Notes under the pieces: model-generated | The model's database searches: none | What the model saw: the letters and a program-made list of their open reading frames with translations, nothing else | Told to the model about the DNA's origin: nothing | Translations under genes and position numbers: made by a program | NCBI GenBank assembly: GCA_048938105.1 | Contig: JBHLMN010000002.1 | Location: 64,001-128,000, forward strand | Length of the DNA stretch: 64,000 nucleotides | Reading direction: 5' to 3' | DNA from: Promethearchaeota archaeon | GTDB taxonomy: Archaea; Asgardarchaeota; Heimdallarchaeia; Hodarchaeales; Hodarchaeaceae | In this document: positions 38,056 to 46,536 of the stretch, one piece after another | Layout of the letters: each line of letters begins with the position of its first letter | Position numbering within the stretch: position 1 is the first letter of the stretch

Positions 38056-40665
38056 ATGACTCCATTTGATAGCGTTTGTGATAACCTAATGAAATCAACT
38101 GATCTGTTATCAATTGAGAAAATTCAACCACAATTATTTGTGGATTTTTCTCAAAGTTCTAGCACTTTAGTGGAAACTCATATACATAACCAGCTCATCA
38201 ACCAGCTTCCCCTTCAGGAAAGGATTTCTGCGGTTTTAGATGAGATTTCGTGGAATGAATGGCAAACTAAATTAGTTCAACTAGTTAAACCATTATCTAA
38301 AATATTAATTACTCTCCTTTATGATAAAATTCTACTCACATTGAAGAAGTTAGAAAATACACCAGAGTTAAACTCATTTCTAGAAAAAATCTCTTTATTA
38401 GCCCAGTCTGCATTGGAAGATTCTACGAAATTGAGTGAAGCTCGTAATCAATTTATCAATCAATTGGAAGATATTTGGAAATTAGCGAATAATTCTGAAC
38501 CTAAAACGCCTATTTTGGATTACGAGGGATTTTCTCTAAATAAACTCCTTACTTTCATATTTATGGATTGGGATTTTTGCCTGGAAATCATTGATCTAAT
38601 TCATAAAATTAACAGGGATATTAAAGGGGGAACCCAGCTATTATTACCATATATATTTGAAATAGGAATCCCAGAGCAACAAAAACAGCTGCAAGGGCAA
38701 GTTTTCACTCCATCACCTGTTGTAGATTTCATCTGTAAACAGAATTTGACAGACAAAACCACCAGAATTATCGATCCCGCATGTGGGACAGGATTATTTC
38801 TTTTAGGTGCTTTAAAAGTTCTAGTTGATTCCAAAACGATCCAATGCAATCAGATTGAGCTTATTGGCATTGAAATAGACCCTGTTTTAGCAGATATTGC
38901 AGATAGTGCAATCAATTACTTTCTTTTAATAAACCCAATCTCCATGATTGATTGGCAGGTTTATCGTACTGATTTTTTCAATTGTGACTCATCAACGTTG
39001 AGATTTTCAGTTAAAAACTCTGGAATGACTACATTATTAATGAATCCTCCCTATACTCGCCATGAAATGCTCACAACAGAATATAAAAAGTTCTTAAAAG
39101 AAAAAATGGAGTTTGATCTCCTAAAAATCAGGCAATCCCCCCCCTATAACAGAAGCTCATTCTCAGGAAGATCAGGTTTATACACTTATTTTTTAGTACA
39201 TGCTACTAGCCTCTTGAAAGAGGATGATAATGTAGGACTAATTATTCCTAATTCTTGGTTAGATGTAGATTACGGCCAACACCTCCAACAATTCGTTTTA
39301 AAAAATTATTTAATTGAATCAATCATTAATTGTAGATTAAAAAAAGTCATTCCAACCGCAGATGTGAACACAGCTATCCTGAAGCTTAAACGTAAGAAAA
39401 TGGATGCATATCATGAAAATAATAACCTAGTTAAATTTGTTTCAATTAACAATGTAAGAGACCTCGACCTACTGGTTAATAAAGAAGTTTCTCAGATCAA
39501 AAGTTCCTCATCAAGGATTCAAGTAGTTTCTGTGAAACAAAAAGCGCTTTTCTCGAAATCTAAATGGGGAATATATTTTCGTGCTCCACTAGACTACTTC
39601 AAATTATTAGAAAGACTTGATAAAAAACTAGTAATGTTGGGTGAAATAGCCCACGTCCGAAGGGGGTTTACAAGCGGAGCGAATGACTTTTTTTATGTTG
39701 GAAAACCAGGTGAGTCTAATACATTCTTTATATCGAATTGGGATTCAGAAACTGGCGATTTAATGTTATCTCTAAAAGCTGAGTTAGTAGTCAATCGATT
39801 TAAAGCCCAAGGATTTCAGCCAAGTGAACCGATGTTCGTCATTGAAAAAGATTATTGGATGCATCGTGTTAATGCTGGGCAAGAGGAATATACATGGGAA
39901 TATTCTTTTAGAGAAAGTGATGGGTTTATTTGGGTTCCCAATTACTTAGTCAAATCCCCTCGTAGTCTTACAAGATATGAGATTCATGAAAAAGACCTAA
40001 AATATGTTGTTATTTTAATACCTCCTCATTCTTCAATTAATCAACTAAAGACAGGTATTAAGAAATACATTCGTTGGGGAGAAGAATGGATTCCTTCTGC
40101 AGGGAATAAATTCCACCAAAGGCCTACATGTAGTTCACGGAAAAACTGGTATAGCTTACCTTCAAATGAATATGAATCCTATAACATTCTTTGTCTCATG
40201 ACTATAAATGACCGATTTCCATTTTTCTATAATCCACGTGATTTTTATTTTGATGCTCGTTTATATGGTATCCAATTTATTAAAGGCAAATTTCAACAGA
40301 ATAACCTCTTATTTGCAAGTTATTTCTTGTATCTTAATTCTATTCTTACCACTTTACAATTAGAACTTTTGGGACGTAGTAATTTGGGTGAAGGCGGATT
40401 AGATATCAAAGTTTATGAATATGAGTTGCTTAAAATACCTAACTACGATTTTTTAGTCAAAACTTGCTCAAAAGATACAAATTGTGTCTTTTCACAGCTT
40501 TTGGATTATTCTCCGTACTCTATTCTCCAAGGAACTCCAAAAACAATAAAGCTTATTACTGATGATCACGCCATTTACTTGTTTTCACTTTCACAGACAT
40601 TAATTAATAGTTTATCTAACGAATTAAAGAATCTAGTACAAATGCGTATTGAAAAAGCTAAATAA
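38056..40665 (+). CDS. N6-adenine-type DNA methyltransferase (gamma class, Eco57I/type IIG-like MTase+TRD)
   Basis: GQVFTP, motif I IDPACGTG, motif IV MNPPY, and a long C-terminal TRD. Confidence 0.88.
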   Translation: MTPFDSVCDNLMKSTDLLSIEKIQPQLFVDFSQSSSTLVETHIHNQLINQLPLQERISAVLDEISWNEWQTKLVQLVKPLSKILITLLYDKILLTLKKLENTPELNSFLEKISLLAQSALEDSTKLSEARNQFINQLEDIWKLANNSEPKTPILDYEGFSLNKLLTFIFMDWDFCLEIIDLIHKINRDIKGGTQLLLPYIFEIGIPEQQKQLQGQVFTPSPVVDFICKQNLTDKTTRIIDPACGTGLFLLGALKVLVDSKTIQCNQIELIGIEIDPVLADIADSAINYFLLINPISMIDWQVYRTDFFNCDSSTLRFSVKNSGMTTLLMNPPYTRHEMLTTEYKKFLKEKMEFDLLKIRQSPPYNRSSFSGRSGLYTYFLVHATSLLKEDDNVGLIIPNSWLDVDYGQHLQQFVLKNYLIESIINCRLKKVIPTADVNTAILKLKRKKMDAYHENNNLVKFVSINNVRDLDLLVNKEVSQIKSSSSRIQVVSVKQKALFSKSKWGIYFRAPLDYFKLLERLDKKLVMLGEIAHVRRGFTSGANDFFYVGKPGESNTFFISNWDSETGDLMLSLKAELVVNRFKAQGFQPSEPMFVIEKDYWMHRVNAGQEEYTWEYSFRESDGFIWVPNYLVKSPRSLTRYEIHEKDLKYVVILIPPHSSINQLKTGIKKYIRWGEEWIPSAGNKFHQRPTCSSRKNWYSLPSNEYESYNILCLMTINDRFPFFYNPRDFYFDARLYGIQFIKGKFQQNNLLFASYFLYLNSILTTLQLELLGRSNLGEGGLDIKVYEYELLKIPNYDFLVKTCSKDTNCVFSQLLDYSPYSILQGTPKTIKLITDDHAIYLFSLSQTLINSLSNELKNLVQMRIEKAK

Positions 40666-40695
40666 TACTCTCATAACGAATTAAAGGAATCTCAA

Positions 40696-42972
40696 ATGCT
40701 TTACAAACACTCTACTCTTGTCAAAAAGAAACAGCACGGACAGTTTTTCACCCATCCTACACTTGCACATCAGATAGTCTATGAAGTATGTGGATTGATT
40801 ATTTCAGAGTGTTTCTGGAAACCATGGCATTCTCTTGAAGACTCTACTAATTATTCAGCTATCGCGGACCTACTTGATAGAGTGCTAACTTTACGCTTTG
40901 TAGATCCAGCAATGGGTGATGGAGTATTTTTAGTTGAAGTGATTCACTTCTTTGAAGAATTCTTAAGCGAATTATGGGAAAAAACTTGTTCTTCCTCCTA
41001 TTTAGATTTTCTTTGTGCTTATTTTCAAAAAAAACTAGCACTAGATTTTAATTTGGTGGGAGAAAAAGATAATCTAACATTAGATGTTTGGAAATTTCAT
41101 ATTATAAGATCGATGATATACGGGGTGGATCTTGATCCAAAGATTGTACATCAAGCTCGTGATAAGATCATAAGAGAACTTTCTACACCTGAAATAACGA
41201 AATTAGCACGGATAGCAGTTCAATTTAACTTAAAAAATGGAAACTCATTAATTTCACCTATTCCTATGAATAACAAAACATTAAATAAGTTATTTTCTCA
41301 ATATTCCTCAGAAATTAGCTTACTTCTTTCTCAACGAAATCAAATGCAAAAGATACATTGGAATGAGACATTTAATAAAAGTGTGGACAGAATATTAAAA
41401 GAAAATGAGAGAAATAAGGCTGAGTTAGCAAATAAACTGTTTAATCAGATAGCTGCAATACCATTTTTTTCTTTTTTAATTGAAGGCGAGAAAAAAGAAT
41501 TGGTTTCATTTTTATGGGAACTAGAATTTCCTGAAGCTTTTTTTTCCGGAGAATATGGATTCAATGCAGTTATCGGTAATCCTCCGTGGGATAAATGGAA
41601 GCTTTATGATCGAGAGTGGTTAGGATCTACTGCGATTGGCAAAACAGATCATGCAGAACAAATCATGGTAATTCGGAAAAAAGATGCTGAATCTCATTCT
41701 AAATACGTTAAACTGAAAGAATATTATAAAAAGACCACAGAATATTTCAATAACTATTTTAAATGGCAACCAGGTGAAAAAAACTCGTTTAAGCTCTTTC
41801 TTGAACGTTTCTATGACCTCTGTGTATCTAACGGATTATTGGGTGTCATTCTTCCTGGTGGGCTTCTGGGAGAATATTATAGTCAACCTTTACGACGTGT
41901 TTTACTTACTAAACTGCAAATCCATTTAATCTTTGAAATAATCTCGAATATCGAGATGTTTCCTGACGCAGAACCTGGACTCAGTATTTTAATCATAATA
42001 GCTCAAAAAAGCACTTCAGGCGAAGTTTTCCCATTTATCAAAGGAATTTCATCAACAGACGCATTATCTAGAATTAGAGTAAAGAACCTATCTGAATTAT
42101 CTGAGAACCTCATTTATTTTACGCCCAAAGATATTCTTAATACTTCTCCTGAATGTATTGTTCCAGCTGTACGAAATAAACACGAATTGAAAATAATTCA
42201 GAAGATGATCGAATTCCCTTCCCTTTCTTCAGAATTATGGGGATGTGAAACGTCACGAGGAGTAGATATGACAAACGATCGTGACTTACTAGTCACTAAT
42301 GTTACTTCTTATCCCCTAATAGAAGGACGTCATTTGGTGCGTTTAGGATTTGATACTACCCATCCTCGCTATTGGATTAGATCATTTAATGAATATCAGA
42401 AGAAGATCTCATTTTGGGATCAGACAATCATTGTTTGGAAAAATTTCTCTGGAAATCATCGACGTAGACGCATGCGAATTGCCATTCTTCCACCAAGATC
42501 CGTTATTTCGAATAGTGTGATTTGTCTTTACAATCTTCCGGACATCACTAATGTTGAATTCTTTTTAGCTGGGATTATGTGTTCTATCCCTTTTGAGTTT
42601 AGAATACGTCAGCTTTGTTATGGGATAAATATCAATCAGTATATTATGGATAGTATGCCTGTTCCTCTTTTCGATCCAGATAAAGAACTTCACCAAAAAA
42701 TGGTGGCTATTGTCAAGCATTTCATTCCACAAGGTAAGGAATGGGCAAGACGAAAAATGGAGGCATCCTCCTCTCTTGCAAAAGCTCGATTAGAAAAAGA
42801 TTACCAAGATTCTATTATTACTATGGATGCTTTAGCTGCCTTGGTTTATGGACTGACTAAAAAAGAATTCATCGTAACTTTGGAAGCTCATCCTCTTTTA
42901 GAACAATGCTACCACAATAAAGCTTTGGAGTGTTTTAATTCATTATCAGCCATTTGTGATAATAAATCATGA
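40696..42972 (+). CDS. N6-adenine-type DNA methyltransferase (Eco57I-like)
   Basis: GQFFTH, DPAMGDG, IYGVDLD, NLKNGNSL, FLWELEFPEAF and IGNPPW. Confidence 0.88.
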   Translation: MLYKHSTLVKKKQHGQFFTHPTLAHQIVYEVCGLIISECFWKPWHSLEDSTNYSAIADLLDRVLTLRFVDPAMGDGVFLVEVIHFFEEFLSELWEKTCSSSYLDFLCAYFQKKLALDFNLVGEKDNLTLDVWKFHIIRSMIYGVDLDPKIVHQARDKIIRELSTPEITKLARIAVQFNLKNGNSLISPIPMNNKTLNKLFSQYSSEISLLLSQRNQMQKIHWNETFNKSVDRILKENERNKAELANKLFNQIAAIPFFSFLIEGEKKELVSFLWELEFPEAFFSGEYGFNAVIGNPPWDKWKLYDREWLGSTAIGKTDHAEQIMVIRKKDAESHSKYVKLKEYYKKTTEYFNNYFKWQPGEKNSFKLFLERFYDLCVSNGLLGVILPGGLLGEYYSQPLRRVLLTKLQIHLIFEIISNIEMFPDAEPGLSILIIIAQKSTSGEVFPFIKGISSTDALSRIRVKNLSELSENLIYFTPKDILNTSPECIVPAVRNKHELKIIQKMIEFPSLSSELWGCETSRGVDMTNDRDLLVTNVTSYPLIEGRHLVRLGFDTTHPRYWIRSFNEYQKKISFWDQTIIVWKNFSGNHRRRRMRIAILPPRSVISNSVICLYNLPDITNVEFFLAGIMCSIPFEFRIRQLCYGININQYIMDSMPVPLFDPDKELHQKMVAIVKHFIPQGKEWARRKMEASSSLAKARLEKDYQDSIITMDALAALVYGLTKKEFIVTLEAHPLLEQCYHNKALECFNSLSAICDNKS

Positions 42973-43032
42973 TTTAATATGTTAAATCCTTGTTTTGTAA
43001 ATATTCTAACAGATAACTGTAAGAAGTTGTAT

Positions 43033-43338
43033 TCACTTTTCCTTACATCTACGAATGAGAATTACTGTTGTGCCTAAGAAAAGTAAAACTGTGAAAAAAT
43101 CTGGAAATGAACCTGATTCTGAAGCCGTTGTTGTGGTGGTGGTAGTTGATTCACTTTGAATAGAAGTGGTAGTAGAAGTAGTACTTGTAGGAATATTTGA
43201 TTTTTGAATCGTAAAAGTATCATCTGAAAAATCCTCTGTATAAACAGAAGGATTTTCTGAACATGTGGCAACAACATTAATAAGACAGTTAGATCCAGCG
43301 GGAATAGCTGTTATGTCCTAATTATAATTGATGATTCC
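43033..43338 (-). pseudogene. 3' remnant of a cell-surface protein (beta-rich domain end, Thr/Ser linker, C-terminal TM sorting segment)
   Basis: Minus strand reads GIINYN*DITAIPAGSNCLINVVATCSENPSVYTEDFSDDTFTIQKSNIPTSTTSTTTSIQSESTTTTTTTASESGSFPDFFTVLLFLGTTVILIRRCKEK*. No ATG start; in-frame TAG at 43318-43320. Confidence 0.7.
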
Positions 43339-43513
43339 TCCTGATCACCGACAAATTTGTATTAGATGTTAAGTAATATCGAAATTTATAATTCTGGTTA
43401 ATATATCATTGATATACTTCAAACAGTAATCAAATCCTCACTAATTTAGTTCAGTTCAATCACAATTAAGTTGTACATTAGTTTGATCTGGTATCACTGA
43501 TAGATGACAAAAA

Positions 43514-45559
43514 ATGAAAACAAATATAGCTTTTAATAACATAGAAATAAAAAAGCGGAAAGAAGAGGGTGTATTTTATACACCAGAATTTATAACAGAT
43601 TTTATGTGTAAAAATTCGATCATTCCTTACCTATCAAAGAAAGGCGCAGAGAATATTAATGAACTGATCTCCGAGTATTATGAAGATATTGAAAAACTCG
43701 AAAGTAAATTAAGAAATATCAAAATATTGGATCCTGCATGCGGATGTGGAGCTTTTCTAATCAAAGCTTTTGATGTGTTATTGGAAATTACTAAAGAAAT
43801 AAGATTAGTCAAAGATTTCAGAGGAATGCGTAAGAAAGATCAGAAAGCAGGAGATATGGATATATGGATAAATGAGGAAGAAGGGAAGCAGATAATCGAA
43901 AACAATCTCTATGGAGTAGATATTAATGAATCTTTAGTAAAAATTACAAAATTAGGCCTTCTTTCCAGGATTACAAAAAAAGATAGAAAATTAATGGATT
44001 TATCACAAAACATTATATGTGGTGATAGTTTATTAGAGGATGCCTCTTTAAAAAGTGATAAAGCTTTCAAATGGTCTTATTTTGAAGAAATATTAAATAA
44101 GGGAGGATTTGACATTATTATAGGAAATCCTCCGTATATTAACATTATTGAAGATTTAGAAAGTAGAAAATATTACAAAGAAAGATTTCCTGAAATATAT
44201 ACAGGTAAGAACGATATTTATTATTATTTTATCAGAAAAGCAATCGAATTAACTAAGAAGAATGGATATATTTCTTTGATTTCTCCAAGATATTTAATGG
44301 AGGCGTTTAATGCAAGGAAGTTGAGAGAGTATATCTTAAAAGAGACTGCTATTCAGAAAATTATTGATTTCTTAGATTTTAAGATATTTGCAGAAGCTAA
44401 TGTTGATACTGCGATTTATATCTTAAAGAGAACAAACACAAAAAAAGAGATTATGGTTCATAAATTAGTTAAACAAATGACACCTCCTCTAAAATTAGAA
44501 CCACCTTTTTTCAAGAATTTTTGTGTTGAACAAAATCAATTAACTGGAAAAAAATGGTATTTTATTGACCCTGAAATTCAATCTATCTTAGATAAAATTG
44601 ATACTAAGTCCACTGGAAGATTAAAAGACTATTCTATTCTAAGCAAAGGTGTTCAGACTGGTAAGGATTCTGTATTTGTATTAACAAAGGATGAAATAGA
44701 AAAATATTCAATTGAGAAAAATATACTTAGAAATTGGGTTAAGAATAGTCAAATCAGACGATTTGGTTACATTGATCCTCAATTATATATCATAATATCA
44801 AATAGAAAAACAATCAAAAAGCTTTCAAGCCATCCAAATTTGGAGAAGTACCTCTTAAAATATAAAGAAGAGTTAATGAACCGAACTAGGGTAAATAAGT
44901 GGTTTCATTGGAGAAAAGGGGATGAAAGATTTACAATTGACTGGAATAAGCCAAAAATTGTGACACCATATAAATCAGCAAATAACAAGTTTACAATTGA
45001 TGATAAAGGATGTTATTTTTCTCAAGACATTGTTCTAATTCTACCAACAGATGGTATTGATATCCGTTATTTACTATCGTATCTAAATTCAAGAATATGT
45101 GAATTCTATTTTAAGATAAAAGGTAAAAGATTGGGAGCTGTCTATGAATATTATCCAAGACAAATTGAAGATTTACCATTTATTAAGATCAAAACTAAAG
45201 AACAAAAAGCCTTTGTAAAGATTGTTGAAAGATTACTTGAATTAAATAAACTATTATCTGAAAATTATTTTAAAATTAAGAATAGGATAATGTCTGCTTT
45301 TAATATTGAAAATCTTAATAAAAATTTTTTAAAATTTAATGAAAAGAACATGATAAAATTCTTTAATGAGAAACTAGAAGAATCTAAGCTTTCGTCAATA
45401 CAAAAAAATGAGATTAAAGAATATATTTTGAATAGATTTAATGAAATTAACTCATTAGAAGAAGAAATTAGCCAAGTAGAGGAAGAACTTAATCATCTGA
45501 TTTATGAATTATATGATCTAAATCAAGAGGAAATTAGATTAATTGAGAAAACTTTCTAG
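43514..45559 (+). CDS. N6-adenine-type DNA methyltransferase with TaqI-C-like TRD
   Basis: RKEEGVFYTP, ILDPACGCGAFL, NNLYGVDIN, GGFDIIIGNPPY and LSYLNS. Visibly more AT-rich than its neighbours. Confidence 0.9.
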   Translation: MKTNIAFNNIEIKKRKEEGVFYTPEFITDFMCKNSIIPYLSKKGAENINELISEYYEDIEKLESKLRNIKILDPACGCGAFLIKAFDVLLEITKEIRLVKDFRGMRKKDQKAGDMDIWINEEEGKQIIENNLYGVDINESLVKITKLGLLSRITKKDRKLMDLSQNIICGDSLLEDASLKSDKAFKWSYFEEILNKGGFDIIIGNPPYINIIEDLESRKYYKERFPEIYTGKNDIYYYFIRKAIELTKKNGYISLISPRYLMEAFNARKLREYILKETAIQKIIDFLDFKIFAEANVDTAIYILKRTNTKKEIMVHKLVKQMTPPLKLEPPFFKNFCVEQNQLTGKKWYFIDPEIQSILDKIDTKSTGRLKDYSILSKGVQTGKDSVFVLTKDEIEKYSIEKNILRNWVKNSQIRRFGYIDPQLYIIISNRKTIKKLSSHPNLEKYLLKYKEELMNRTRVNKWFHWRKGDERFTIDWNKPKIVTPYKSANNKFTIDDKGCYFSQDIVLILPTDGIDIRYLLSYLNSRICEFYFKIKGKRLGAVYEYYPRQIEDLPFIKIKTKEQKAFVKIVERLLELNKLLSENYFKIKNRIMSAFNIENLNKNFLKFNEKNMIKFFNEKLEESKLSSIQKNEIKEYILNRFNEINSLEEEISQVEEELNHLIYELYDLNQEEIRLIEKTF

Positions 45560-45568
45560 ATTTTTCAG

Positions 45569-45967
45569 TTATTTCAAGGATTTTCTTGATTCTTCTGAGC
45601 TATTTTCACGAGATTCACTGATCTTTTTTTTAATTTTCTCTATTCCTTGAAACAACCACTTTTGAGGTTTACTGGGTTCTTCCTCTTGAACAATAATGTC
45701 TCCTTGCTCAATTAATGTTATGAATACTGTTGTAATGTTTTCTGAAACCCAGTTGTCGAGTTCTTTTCGTGAGACGGAAGGAAACGCAGAATTTGACTGT
45801 AATGCTTGCTCAAACACCATCTGATGGATTTTACGGTGATGGTGCTCCTTCAAATCGAACCAGAGGTTACGAATTAATTTCCGCTCTTTTGTTCTTAATG
45901 CTTCAATTTCTAGAAGGATTTCCCAAACTTTAGAAGATACAACAACAGGTTCATTTGATCTGTTCAT
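45569..45967 (-). CDS. Hypothetical protein
   Basis: 132 aa ORF with an ATG start preceded by GTAGGA. Confidence 0.7.
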   Translation of the reverse strand: MNRSNEPVVVSSKVWEILLEIEALRTKERKLIRNLWFDLKEHHHRKIHQMVFEQALQSNSAFPSVSRKELDNWVSENITTVFITLIEQGDIIVQEEEPSKPQKWLFQGIEKIKKKISESRENSSEESRKSLK

Positions 45968-46089
45968 AGTCCTACCACAGATTTTATTAAAAGAGTATCA
46001 AAAGATCTTTTTATTTTAGTGTATTTGATTGAGAGTTCTGATTTAGGAATGTATTATTATTCTATCCTGAAAAGAAAGGAGCTAAAGGT

Positions 46090-46356
46090 TCAATACATAT
46101 AATCCTTTTTACTCCTACGTAAAATAAATCTCTGAATTATTACAAGCCAAACAAAGCACACGATTCCCATTCCGATGAAAAGGAGAGAAATAAGGGTTTT
46201 GATCCATGCTGCATCTTCAAAACCTTGCGGAGAAGAGGGTAGTTGATCAGGGATAAAGAAAGGGAGAATAAGACCTGTAGCAATCATAACTAAAGCAATC
46301 GCCCCAGCAATAATTTCTGTCCTAAATCTTTCTAGTTGACGCGTAAAGAAGGACAT
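46090..46356 (-). CDS. Small two-TM membrane protein
   Basis: Two hydrophobic helices and a basic C-terminus. Confidence 0.7.
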   Translation of the reverse strand: MSFFTRQLERFRTEIIAGAIALVMIATGLILPFFIPDQLPSSPQGFEDAAWIKTLISLLFIGMGIVCFVWLVIIQRFILRRSKKDYMY

Positions 46357-46536
46357 TTCTTAAAATACCCCAAATTATTAGTATTTTCTTCCTCTTTGGT
46401 AATAGATGAAGCTTTAATAAAAGTTGTGAATTAATGAGAAATACTATAGTTTTATCATTCCTGAGCTTGAAGAATAAGTTAAGAAATCCCGTGTTATCCT
46501 TTTAGATAAATATTTTCCATAACCAGATAGGATATA

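Noticed and set aside
43074-43277. 67-aa minus-strand ORF from the track
   Set aside because: Wrong frame. The protein-like signal is in the overlapping pseudogene frame.
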